Origin: Bacteroidales bacterium
Lineage (GTDB): Bacteria; Bacteroidota; Bacteroidia; Bacteroidales; WCHB1-69
Assembly: GCA_031285725.1 (NCBI GenBank)
Contig: JAITVP010000173.1
Coordinates: forward strand, 1 to 37,686
Direction: 5' to 3'
Length of the DNA: 37,686 bases
The notes below the pieces were generated by a model. The model worked only from the letters and a program-made list of their open reading frames with translations. It ran no database searches and had not been told where the DNA came from. The translations under genes were made by a program, and so were the position numbers. This document shows, one piece after another, positions 1 to 7,851 of this stretch (position 1 is its first letter; each line of letters begins with the position of its first letter).

Positions 1-1
1 T

Positions 2-277
2 GAATGTCGTTATGAAATGGAGCGGTTGATTGCCGAACCAGTGGGCGATGAAGAATTAGGCGTGGTGAAAAATTATATGGAAGCCGCACTGTTGCGGAAA
101 TTGGACGGCTCGGTGGACTATATGCGACAATATATGTTGTGGCACTCTTCCGGCTTGGATGAATCGGAATTTGAGACAATGAAGCGAGTGATACAGGTGG
201 TGGATGCGAAGCAGGTGCAAACGATGGCGCAACGATATATGAATCCGGATGATTTTGTGAATATTGTTGTTGGATGA
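2..277 (+). CDS. M16-family (insulinase/pitrilysin-like) peptidase, C-terminal fragment; 5' end lies outside the window
   Basis: Frame 2 is open from the first base of the window, and the track's Met at 17 is internal. The tail ...VGDEELGVVKNYMEAALLRKLDG...MAQRYMNPDDFVNIVVG looks like the non-catalytic C-terminal half of Bacteroidetes M16 peptidases. Family recalled by eye, not searched. Confidence 0.55.
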   Translation, partial: ECRYEMERLIAEPVGDEELGVVKNYMEAALLRKLDGSVDYMRQYMLWHSSGLDESEFETMKRVIQVVDAKQVQTMAQRYMNPDDFVNIVVG

Positions 278-299
278 TTAACACGCAGATGATGGTTAG

Positions 300-307
300 T
301 AAATTTG
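300..307 (+). promoter_or_regulatory. -7 promoter box TAaaTTTG
   Basis: taaatttg matches the Bacteroidetes sigma-A -7 consensus TAnnTTTG, 36 nt upstream of the ATG at 344. Confidence 0.5.
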
Positions 308-343
308 TCTGCATACACAGATTTAATTTTAGAATATAAAATT

Positions 344-2416
344 ATGAATTGTAAACATAAAATACTATTTTTCAGTTTTTTGCTCTTTTTCTTCCTGCCT
401 TTTATATCCAAGGCGTTAAATGAGCCTGTCTTGCATTGCGCTCAGATTGAGGTAAACGGGAACGTGAAGATTTCTTGGACACACTCTACGGATATGAGCG
501 ATTTTTCAAAATACGTTGTATATTACTCGTTGGACGGAGTTACGTATACTTATTTCCAGGAGGTAACGACGGCCGATGTGCTCAGTGCGACTCATAATAC
601 TATTGATGCCCGGGATGGTACCCAATATTACTACCGGGTGGATGCGGTATCTTCTGCAGGTGTGGCATACCCTTCCAATGTCGTGCATACGATGAAACTT
701 CAGCTGGTCAACCCTAATAATGGGCTGGCACTGCTGAGTTGGGATGCGCCGGCAGACGTGCTGCTGCCGACCTATAGCACCAATTACGAGGTGTACCGAA
801 AGTTTGACTGGAATTATGATTTTGTTTTTATTGCAGGGGTACGGGGTAATAGTTATGTGGATACGGCGATAGTATGTGGCGACCAAGTGTCGTACCACGT
901 GGTGCTGAGTTCCGTGTCACCCAATCTCATTGATGGTAATTGCAAGAATAGATCTCAAGTGGAAAAAGATACGTTTTACGACAGAAACCAGCCTATACAA
1001 CCCACTCTGGATAGCGTTTCCATTAATTTTGCAAACAACCGGATTGGGTTAGGGTGGACGTTCCAAAACGATACCAATGAGATCAATGCGGTTATCATTT
1101 ATTATTTGGACGATGGTGGATTTTGGGTGGATATAGACACCGTTTATGGTTTTCATCAAACATACTGGGAAGACCCCGACCGGAATCCCAATGATGGCGT
1201 TTATCGTTATCGTATTGCTTTGCTGGATCAGTGCTTGAACGCTTCAACGATGACCACACAGCAAAACACCATAATCGTCACCGGTGCGCTGGATGTCTGT
1301 ACCCGAATCGCTCAATTGACCTGGAACGCCTATGAAAGTATGCGGAATGGAATGGGGAAGTACGTCATCTACTATTCGCAAGATGGCGGCCCGTTGCAAT
1401 ATAGCGGCGAGGTGAACGCTTCATCAACTACTTACAGTCTTCCGGGCTTGGTACCCAATACCACCTACAAAGTGATTGTGCGGGCGGTCAACACGTCGGG
1501 AATGATCACAGCCACTTCGTCAGCTTTCGAGTTTTTGTTCGAAGCCACGGAAACCAACGACTTTGCCTATCTGAAAAACGTGACTGTGGTTGACAATTCA
1601 TACATCGCCGTGAATGTCTTGACCAGCGGAGACACGTTGCCTTTTGCGTATAGTAAGTGGTATCGAAGTGTCGGAAACGCCACCAACTTCAGTTTGATAC
1701 GCACACAATCCTACAATGGAGGAGCCGTTTACTCGATTGAAGATCATGATGTGGAAGTGGAAAAGCAGGCATATTATTATAAGGTGGAGTTGATCAACGA
1801 GTGTGATGCCGTGCTGGCGACATCGAATATTTCTCATAATATTGTGTTGACCGGTGAAGGAACCGATGCGAAACTAAACAACTTGCAATGGCTCTCTTAC
1901 GGTACATGGGACGAAGGTGTTTCAACTTATGCCGTTTACCGAAAATTGCAAACGGATACTGTTTTTGTTAAAATTGACGATCTTGTTCCAGAGTATGCCA
2001 TGTATTACAGTGATGATGTTTCCGAACTTTTTGAATTTGGTTCCGATTTCATTTATTATGTCGTGGCGATTCCAAACCCGGGCTTATTGAATCCCCGGGA
2101 TGATATGAGCGTTTCCAACCAAATCACGGCGAAACAAAAACCCACGACTTACATTCCCAACGCCTTTAATCCGGCACGGGAGTATAATTCTACCTTCAAG
2201 CCGATAAACTCTTTTGTGGACACGAAAAACTATCTGTTCACGATCTGGACGCGAAACGGACAAATGGTCTTCCAAACCCGTGATCCCTATCTGGGATGGG
2301 ATGGAACGCATGAGGGAAAAAATTCTCCCATGGGTGTCTACATCTATCACGTGAAATATCTCTATCCCGATGGCACACCTTACGAAGCCAAGGGAATGGT
2401 GACATTAGTTCGATAA
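344..2416 (+). CDS. Secreted multi-FN3-like repeat protein with a T9SS type-B (gliding-motility-associated) C-terminal sorting domain
   Basis: The track start at 305 is a TTG inside the -7 box. The ATG at 344 gives MNCKHKILFFSFLLFFFLPFISKA, a typical signal peptide. About six FN3-like modules are present (recurring ...W..., YxVYY, YYYRV/YRYRI/YKVIV/YYYKV strands). The last ~90 aa (TYIPNAFNP...LFTIWTRNGQMVF...YLGWDGTHEGKNSPMGVYIYHVKY...GMVTLVR) match the TIGR04131-like CTD. Confidence 0.8.
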   Translation: MNCKHKILFFSFLLFFFLPFISKALNEPVLHCAQIEVNGNVKISWTHSTDMSDFSKYVVYYSLDGVTYTYFQEVTTADVLSATHNTIDARDGTQYYYRVDAVSSAGVAYPSNVVHTMKLQLVNPNNGLALLSWDAPADVLLPTYSTNYEVYRKFDWNYDFVFIAGVRGNSYVDTAIVCGDQVSYHVVLSSVSPNLIDGNCKNRSQVEKDTFYDRNQPIQPTLDSVSINFANNRIGLGWTFQNDTNEINAVIIYYLDDGGFWVDIDTVYGFHQTYWEDPDRNPNDGVYRYRIALLDQCLNASTMTTQQNTIIVTGALDVCTRIAQLTWNAYESMRNGMGKYVIYYSQDGGPLQYSGEVNASSTTYSLPGLVPNTTYKVIVRAVNTSGMITATSSAFEFLFEATETNDFAYLKNVTVVDNSYIAVNVLTSGDTLPFAYSKWYRSVGNATNFSLIRTQSYNGGAVYSIEDHDVEVEKQAYYYKVELINECDAVLATSNISHNIVLTGEGTDAKLNNLQWLSYGTWDEGVSTYAVYRKLQTDTVFVKIDDLVPEYAMYYSDDVSELFEFGSDFIYYVVAIPNPGLLNPRDDMSVSNQITAKQKPTTYIPNAFNPAREYNSTFKPINSFVDTKNYLFTIWTRNGQMVFQTRDPYLGWDGTHEGKNSPMGVYIYHVKYLYPDGTPYEAKGMVTLVR

Positions 2417-2419
2417 TAG

Positions 2420-3034
2420 ATGAAAGATAGTCTACAGCAAATTTTTAAGTTATTCACGCATCCATTGATGATGCCAGTCTATTTTTTGATCGTGCTTTTT
2501 GTTGCTTTCGGCTACTTTGGCGCAAACAACAAAGCGTTGTTCCATCTACTCTTTTTCGTCTTCGTCAGCGTTTCTTTCTTGCCAGCTATCAGTCTTTTGG
2601 TCGCTGCCAGGACAAAATTAGTGGACAATCCGATGGATCCCATGGGCAAGGATAAAATAATCACCTTGATCTTGTTGGCCATTTTTTCGTTATTTGTTTG
2701 CAAAATGTGGCACGACAAAGATCCCGATATGCTCTACACTTACATATTTGCAGTGATGACGGTCACCTATCTCTTCCTGTTACTCTCCTATTTCATTTTC
2801 GAGTTGGATCTATACACGACCTTTTGGGGAGCCTTATTGGGATTCTATCTGATATTGTTGCAATTAAGAGCGCCTTTTTCCATGCCGTTGCTCGCAACCA
2901 TCGTGATCATAGCGGCTTTGAGTACCGTCCTCCGTTCCCCCTCCGGGCAGAAATGGCACAATGCCCGTCTCTTCGCCGGTTATTTTGCCGGTATGGTTAT
3001 CGCAGTGATTGTGGGGAAGATCATGTTGTTGTAG
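2420..3034 (+). CDS. Hypothetical polytopic membrane protein
   Basis: ATG lies 3 nt after the preceding stop, so it is probably co-transcribed. The 204 aa contain 5-6 hydrophobic segments. No family recognised. Confidence 0.6.
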   Translation: MKDSLQQIFKLFTHPLMMPVYFLIVLFVAFGYFGANNKALFHLLFFVFVSVSFLPAISLLVAARTKLVDNPMDPMGKDKIITLILLAIFSLFVCKMWHDKDPDMLYTYIFAVMTVTYLFLLLSYFIFELDLYTTFWGALLGFYLILLQLRAPFSMPLLATIVIIAALSTVLRSPSGQKWHNARLFAGYFAGMVIAVIVGKIMLL

Positions 3035-3086
3035 CATTTTGACATATTTTGTAACCGCACTTTTGCGCTTCTCCTTACCGCTTTTC

Positions 3087-3491
3087 TCATCGTAATAGGA
3101 AACCGTTTTCCGTTTGCAAAGGTGATTTTGCTACGATTCTATGACAAGGTTGCGTAACATGAGTAAATATAGTATTGTAGGCCTCTCGGCATTGAAAGCG
3201 TGATATATCACCGATAGCCATTCGGATGGCACCATCGCTTGACATCGAGTCTAGTTCATCAAATTTCTGAATGAATATTTCCAGAAATTCGCAATCGTCA
3301 GTTTCAACTTCCGTCCGTAATTCCAAACAAGACAGGATAAAATTTTCCCTATTATACTTGTACGGATCATGATCTTTCGTCTGGGGCAGCATGTCCGCCC
3401 TTAATTTTTCCAATAGGACGGTTTTGTCAACTTGGGCCATGGTTGCTAAAAATGAACCCAGCAAACTTAAAATTAACACTATTTTCTTCAT
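3087..3491 (-). CDS. Hypothetical secreted protein
   Basis: ATG start with signal peptide MKKIVLILSLLGSFLATMAQ. The last ~25 codons read through repeat copy 1 (3113-3167), so the native C-terminus may have been replaced. Confidence 0.5.
   Translation of the reverse strand: MKKIVLILSLLGSFLATMAQVDKTVLLEKLRADMLPQTKDHDPYKYNRENFILSCLELRTEVETDDCEFLEIFIQKFDELDSMSSDGAIRMAIGDISRFQCREAYNTIFTHVTQPCHRIVAKSPLQTENGFLLR
3113..3167 (+). repeat. Short interspersed repeat, copy 1
   Basis: tttgcaaaggtgattttgctacgattctatgacaaggttgcgtaacatgagtaaa. The 48-nt core differs from copy 2 at 3 positions, and copy 3 is the reverse complement. A degenerate left arm extends to about 3100. Confidence 0.85.
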
Positions 3492-3579
3492 AGCTTGTCT
3501 GTTTTTAATGGTGCTAATACCATCCCAAAATGGTTAGAACAGCAATAAACATTGGTGCAAAGTATAAAATCACTCTCCT

Positions 3580-4060
3580 CTATTCTCCAACCTCTTTCTT
3601 CTCCACTTCCGTAACTCTTTTCTCCAATTCAATGATGTACAGCGTGAGTTCCTCCACCTTTTTAAGCAGCAGGGCGTTCATCTCCGCCACATCCAGGCCG
3701 TTTTCCAAGATTTCTTGTTCGGATGGGATTTCGGGGAGATGGCGGTTGGCTTTCATAAACCGCTCCACCTCCTGCAAGGGCATGGGTTGGTAATCGGGAG
3801 AGAAGACATAATCTGGCCATTCGAAGATGCTGTTGGCGCTGATTTTTCATTAACAAACTGCTATTGGCCAGTTCCATAATAAATCCCCTGTAGGCAGAAG
3901 CCCCCGTGAACTGGTTGGTCAACTGGATGGAAACACACGGATAGAGGTTTCCCAAGATCCTCGTGGTGCCGCCGCCCGAAATGGAAATTTCGCAATTGGG
4001 ACGTTCCATCTGGTGGACATGCAAATTGGAATTGGGAGAAGGAGTTCCAATTTTACTCAT
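3580..4060 (-). pseudogene. Truncated and frameshifted tail-fibre-domain-like protein (conserved C-terminal EWPDYVF...HLPEIPS...LLLKKVEELTLYI block)
   Basis: Two minus-strand ORFs are halves of one gene. The upstream frame reads MSKIGTPSPNSNLHV...SSLLMKN. The downstream frame, open from 3846, reads KISANSIFEWPDYVFSPDYQPMPLQEVERFMKANRHLPEIPSEQEILENGLDVAEMNALLLKKVEELTLYIIELEKR. Deleting one A from the A5 run (T5 at 3843-3847 on +) joins them. The start codon lies in the inverted arm of repeat copy 2. Confidence 0.65.
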
Positions 4061-4117
4061 GTTACGCAAAGGTGATTTTACTACGATTCTATGATAAGGT
4101 TGCGTAACAAGAGATAT
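4052..4117. repeat. Short interspersed repeat, copy 2 (complete, with terminal inverted repeats)
   Basis: Left arm is tttactcatgttacgcaa (4052-4069). Right arm is ttgcgtaacaagagatat (4100-4117), which matches the reverse complement of the left arm at 15/18 positions. The arms flank the same internal sequence as copies 1 and 3. Confidence 0.85.
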
Positions 4118-4120
4118 TGA

Positions 4121-4741
4121 CTATTCTTCGGTTTTCTCCTTGGTTGCTTCCGCAACGGGTTCTTCCGTGGCAGGCTCTTCGGTTACTTCTGTAACAACTT
4201 CCGGTGTTTCTTCTGTCGTTGCTTCCATTTCCGTGCTTTCTACTTCCGCTTCTTCCATAGCCGCCGCTTCTTTTGCTGCTTCTTTCGCATATTTTGCCGC
4301 CACTTTTGCCGAGATACTCTCTTTCACTTTGGATTCCGCATCCAAACGTTTTTTCATTTCACCTCTTTCTTTGTCGATTTTCTCACGTTTTGTGTTGCTG
4401 ATTTTGCTATCGCGGTCTTGTTTCCAAGCTTCGAATTTGCGATCTGCGTCCAATTCGGTCATGACGCCTTTTGCAATACCGCCTCTGAGGTGTTTCATCA
4501 AATAAACGCCTTCTTTTTTAAGCAAAGAGCGAGTAGTATCCGAGGGAGAAGCGCCTGTTTCCACCCAATACAACGCACGATCAAAGTTGATGTTGATTGT
4601 CGCAGGATGCGTCAGGGGGTTGTAGGTGCCGATTTTTTCAATAAAACGTCCGTCCCGTGGTGCACGACCATCCGCAATTACAATGTGATAAAACGGTTGA
4701 TTTTTCTTACCGTGTCTTTGTAATCTGATTCTTGTTGCCAT
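4121..4741 (-). CDS. rpsP: 30S ribosomal protein S16 with a long Lys/Glu/Ala/Thr-rich C-terminal extension
   Basis: MATRIRLQRHGKKNQPFYHIVIADGRAPRDGRFIEKIGTYNPL is the canonical S16 N-terminus. ATG start, TAG stop. Confidence 0.95.
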   Translation of the reverse strand: MATRIRLQRHGKKNQPFYHIVIADGRAPRDGRFIEKIGTYNPLTHPATININFDRALYWVETGASPSDTTRSLLKKEGVYLMKHLRGGIAKGVMTELDADRKFEAWKQDRDSKISNTKREKIDKERGEMKKRLDAESKVKESISAKVAAKYAKEAAKEAAAMEEAEVESTEMEATTEETPEVVTEVTEEPATEEPVAEATKEKTEE

Positions 4742-4780
4742 ACTGTTTTACTTGTTTAATAATAACTATTTTAAGGGGTG

Positions 4781-4788
4781 CAAAGGTA
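4781..4788 (-). promoter_or_regulatory. -7 promoter box TAccTTTG for rpsP
   Basis: The plus strand reads caaaggta, 39 nt upstream of the rpsP ATG. Confidence 0.5.
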
Positions 4789-4882
4789 GAAAAATTACCA
4801 ATACAAAAAGCACTGTTCAAAAAATGTTTTTCAAAAGTGAAATCTCTAACTATATTTTTTGTACTTTTGCCGGCGTAAAAAT

Positions 4883-4956
4883 GGCCCCGTAGCTCAACTG
4901 AATAGAGTATTTGACTACGGATCAAAAGGTTTCAGGTTTGAATCCTGACGGGGTCA
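4883..4956 (+). tRNA. tRNA-Arg (anticodon ACG)
   Basis: It folds by hand into a cloverleaf: acceptor GGCCCCG/CGGGGTC, anticodon stem TTTGA/TCAAA with loop CTACGGA, T arm TCAGG-TTTGAAT-CCTGA, discriminator A. CCA is not encoded. Confidence 0.9.
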
Positions 4957-4961
4957 CAAGA

Positions 4962-4987
4962 GGTTGCTGGATAGGCAGCCTTTTTTG
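4962..4987 (+). terminator. Rho-independent terminator after tRNA-Arg
   Basis: Stem ggttgct / ggcagcc (with G-U pairs) is followed by a T6 run at 4981-4986. Confidence 0.6.
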
Positions 4988-5004
4988 TTTATTCAGTTTA
5001 TTTT

Positions 5005-5012
5005 TATTTTTG
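5005..5012 (+). promoter_or_regulatory. -7 promoter box TAttTTTG
   Basis: tatttttg lies 19 nt upstream of the ATG at 5032. Confidence 0.5.
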
Positions 5013-5031
5013 CAGGTGTAAAGATCAAGTA

Positions 5032-5994
5032 ATGACTAATGCTTCGTCCATGCGTTTTCTAGAGAAAGGAAAGATTGATAAGAAGTTGTGGGACAGATGT
5101 ATACAAAACTCATCAATGGCTACGATTTTTGCGGAGTACGACTTCCTGACCATCGCTTGTCCCGATTGGCACGCTTTGGTGATGGGCAATTATGAATACG
5201 TGATGCCGTTGCCTACGAAAGCGAAGTTGGGTATCAAGTATATCTATACCCCGCCTTTTTTCTCGCGGTTGGGCATCTTTTCCGATCAGGAGATCACGTC
5301 GCAGATCACGACCGAGTTTTTCAACCATATACCATTATTATATAGACAAATAGATTTATTGTTAGCACCCAATAACCCTGCGGAGCAGAGCGGATTGAAT
5401 CCGATTGCGATGCGCTCCTATCGGCTCAATCTCCATCGCCCATATATTTTGACGGAACAGTTGTTTTCCGAAAACACGAGGCGCAACATCAAATCGGCGA
5501 ACAAGGTTGACCTGACTTATACTCAAGATCTTACTATTCACGAAGTGGTTTGTCTTTTCAAAAACGGACGGGGTAGAGAGAAGTCGGTGCGCTATGCTAA
5601 AAAAGACTATTTATTGTTATGTAAACTTGCTGGATACGTTGCCGAGCGCGGAATGCTCGATGTGGTCGGGGCACGGGACGAGTCGGGGCGGTTACTGGCC
5701 GGGGCGTTGTTTCTGCGGGATCGTCATGCGATATGGTTCTGGTTTTCGGGAAGGGATGTCCGGTTCCCTGAAAAAAAAGCGATGTTTTTTGTGATTAGCG
5801 AATACCTGAAAACGCAAGAAAAACAAGATAACTATTTGGATTTCAATGGATCGATGAATGAAAACATTGCGCGGTTTTACAAAGGATTCGGGGGCGAGTC
5901 TTACGATTTTCCCTTTGTTAATTTGAGAAGATATTCGTATCTTTCGCCGTTCATCAAGTTGTATAAGACAATCATTAAACATGACAAAATATGA
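5032..5994 (+). CDS. FemAB-like / GNAT-fold acyltransferase family protein (Acetyltransf_6-like)
   Basis: The layout resembles Bacteroidetes proteins annotated as GNAT/FemAB-family: W..C......IFAEYDFL......W.ALVMGNYEYVMPLP, ...RRNIKSANK..., ...YLDFNGSMNENIARFYKGFGGE. Recalled by eye only. The stop overlaps the upp start (ATGA). Confidence 0.45.
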   Translation: MTNASSMRFLEKGKIDKKLWDRCIQNSSMATIFAEYDFLTIACPDWHALVMGNYEYVMPLPTKAKLGIKYIYTPPFFSRLGIFSDQEITSQITTEFFNHIPLLYRQIDLLLAPNNPAEQSGLNPIAMRSYRLNLHRPYILTEQLFSENTRRNIKSANKVDLTYTQDLTIHEVVCLFKNGRGREKSVRYAKKDYLLLCKLAGYVAERGMLDVVGARDESGRLLAGALFLRDRHAIWFWFSGRDVRFPEKKAMFFVISEYLKTQEKQDNYLDFNGSMNENIARFYKGFGGESYDFPFVNLRRYSYLSPFIKLYKTIIKHDKI

Positions 5995-6653
5995 AATCAA
6001 AACGTCATTTAGGGAAGAAGAACTCTCTTTTTAACACATTTATCGCCGAGATGCGGAGCGAGGAGATCCAACGGGACAGCATGCGTTTTCGGCGGAATTT
6101 GGAACGAATAGGGGAGGTTTTCGCTTATGAAATCAGCCAAGAGTTTGATATTGAGGTGCAGGAGATCACCACGCCGCTGGGCATCGCCAACATGAGCCTT
6201 ATCCGTGAAACGCCTGTGCTGGCCACGATTCTGCGGGCTGGGTTGCCGCTCCACCAAGGATTGCTCAACTATTTTGACAATGCCGACAACGCCTTCATCT
6301 CCGCCTTCCGCAAGCATTACCGGGATGGCACGTTCGAAATACAAGTCGATTATATGTCTGCGCCGGAACTGGAAGATCGCATCCTCATCCTTTCCGATCC
6401 AATGCTGGCGACCGGCAAGTCGATGTTTTTGGCTTACCAAGAGTTGATTTCCAACGGAGCTCCCAAGCATACCCACATCGTCTCCGCCATCGCCAGCGTG
6501 CAAGGCATTGAATACCTCCAATCTAAAATGTCGCCGGTGAGTTGCACCATCTGGGTCGGTGCCGTGGACGAGGAACTTACCGCACAATCCTACATCGTTC
6601 CCGGACTAGGTGATGCGGGAGATTTGGCGTATGGGAGTAAGACGAACGAGTAA
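5991..6653 (+). CDS. upp: Uracil phosphoribosyltransferase
   Basis: ILRAGLPLHQGLL, the PRPP loop ILILSDPMLATGKSM, and the C-terminal YIVPGLGDAGDLAYG are UPRTase signatures. Confidence 0.9.
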   Translation: MKSKRHLGKKNSLFNTFIAEMRSEEIQRDSMRFRRNLERIGEVFAYEISQEFDIEVQEITTPLGIANMSLIRETPVLATILRAGLPLHQGLLNYFDNADNAFISAFRKHYRDGTFEIQVDYMSAPELEDRILILSDPMLATGKSMFLAYQELISNGAPKHTHIVSAIASVQGIEYLQSKMSPVSCTIWVGAVDEELTAQSYIVPGLGDAGDLAYGSKTNE

Positions 6654-6842
6654 GTAAGTTAATAATGAGTGAGTTGGTATGCCTAAATGTGAAGCCTTTG
6701 CAAGAGATAAATCTTCTTTTCACTTTTTATGTTTGCCATTCAGCTCAAAGCGGCAACAGACTTCATCTACCATTGGCTTATCGGACAGTCAAAGTGATTA
6801 CCATCATCTGTTTTCCATCGTGAATTTTGTCATTTATATTTT

Positions 6843-6850
6843 TATTTTTG
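6843..6850 (+). promoter_or_regulatory. -7 promoter box TAttTTTG
   Basis: tatttttg lies 47 nt upstream of the ATG at 6898. Confidence 0.4.
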
Positions 6851-6897
6851 CAAAATCAAAAAAGCCGTGTTTATAGGCTTGATTTAATATCAGTTAT

Positions 6898-7449
6898 ATG
6901 AAAATCATTGGAATTACCGGAACCATCGGTGCAGGCAAAGGAACCATCGTTGATTACTTAGTGAATCGCTATCACTTTCATCATTATTCAGTGCGCTCCT
7001 ACTTGATTCGGGAGATTGAGAAACGGGAATTGGAAGTAAACCGAGATTCTATGGTGCTGGTTGCCAATGAACTGCGGGCTAAACACTCCTCCTCTTTCAT
7101 TGTGGATGAACTTTTCGAAGAGGCTCAATTGGCACAGCACAACGCCATCATCGAGAGCATCCGCACACCCGGTGAAATCCACTCGTTGCGCAAGAAGGGT
7201 GACTTCAGCCTCTTGGCCGTGGACGCCAAATCCGAAATCCGCTACGAGCGTATTGTCTCCCGCAACTCCGAAACCGACCATGTTTCTTTCGAAACTTTCT
7301 TAGCTAACGAACAGCGCGAAATGGCCACCACCGATCCAAACAAACAAAACCTCTCCGAGTGCATTTTGCAAGCAGACTGCATTTTACGGAATGACGAAGA
7401 TTTCCAGTATCTATATGATCAGGTGGACAAAATTATGGGGGAGAACTGA
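6898..7449 (+). CDS. P-loop nucleotide/nucleoside kinase-like protein
   Basis: N-terminal Walker A MKIIGITGTIGAGKGT, about 180 aa, the size and layout of small NMP/dephospho-CoA-kinase-like proteins. Substrate unknown. Confidence 0.6.
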   Translation: MKIIGITGTIGAGKGTIVDYLVNRYHFHHYSVRSYLIREIEKRELEVNRDSMVLVANELRAKHSSSFIVDELFEEAQLAQHNAIIESIRTPGEIHSLRKKGDFSLLAVDAKSEIRYERIVSRNSETDHVSFETFLANEQREMATTDPNKQNLSECILQADCILRNDEDFQYLYDQVDKIMGEN

Positions 7450-7464
7450 ATTAAAAATCCAAAT

Positions 7465-7851
7465 TTATTGGAAGTTAAAAAAGTAGTTCATAAAGAAATT
7501 CCAAAACGTCACCCCCCCGATGGCGATCAGTTTGGAGAGATAAAAATTGATTTTTCCTTTGTCATGCAGCAAATAAATGATCCCATTATTTAATCCCAAA
7601 CCAATGAATGAGTAGAGGAAAAAAAGACCGTATTGTTTTAAAATATCGGGACTTTGGCTGTTGAACGTCCAAATCCGGTTGAGGATGAAATTGGACGTTG
7701 CGGCGACAATAAACCCAATGGAATTGGAGAGGTATTTGTTAAGTTTGGCTATTTCCTTGCAAAGGTAAGTCACTCCGAAATCAACAATCACACCACTTCC
7801 GCCTACCACGCAAAACTTGATAAACTTTGAAATCAACTCTGTATTAATCAT
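7465..7851 (-). CDS. GtrA-family membrane protein
   Basis: KFIKFCVVGGSGVIVDFGVTYL plus four TM segments in 128 aa. The ATG overlaps the ltaE stop (ATGA). Confidence 0.75.
   Translation of the reverse strand: MINTELISKFIKFCVVGGSGVIVDFGVTYLCKEIAKLNKYLSNSIGFIVAATSNFILNRIWTFNSQSPDILKQYGLFFLYSFIGLGLNNGIIYLLHDKGKINFYLSKLIAIGGVTFWNFFMNYFFNFQ

Noticed and set aside
305-343. ORF-track start (TTG at 305) for the T9SS-CTD protein
   Set aside because: The TTG lies inside the TAaaTTTG -7 box. The extra 13 residues precede a perfect signal peptide that begins at the ATG at 344.
118-411. Numerous antisense or out-of-frame track ORFs inside strongly recognisable genes (e.g. 118-411, 506-898, 4140-4505, 6009-6587, 8932-9582, 11740-12273, 12734-13309, 20147-20524, 22962-23588, 25669-26085, 31852-32202, 36162-36476)
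   Set aside because: Each overlaps a gene with clear family motifs on the other strand or frame. Their translations are low-complexity or Arg/Ser/His-rich, as expected for shadow ORFs.
3158-3202. Mini-ORFs that start at the repeat-borne ATG (14 aa at 3158-3202; 45 aa on the minus strand from 34943)
   Set aside because: They are short, share no sequence beyond the element-encoded Met-Ser-(Lys/Asn), and one overlaps the promoter of the DUF4105 gene. They are most simply by-products of the repeat.
4121-4480. Long acidic/Lys-rich C-terminal extension of S16 as a possible fusion or novelty
   Set aside because: Extended S16 proteins of ~180-200 aa are the norm in Bacteroidetes, so this is not unusual.
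6679-6876. 65-aa ORF in the upp / kinase intergenic region
   Set aside because: There is no promoter box in front and no recognisable motif, and it runs through the kinase promoter. It is probably non-coding.
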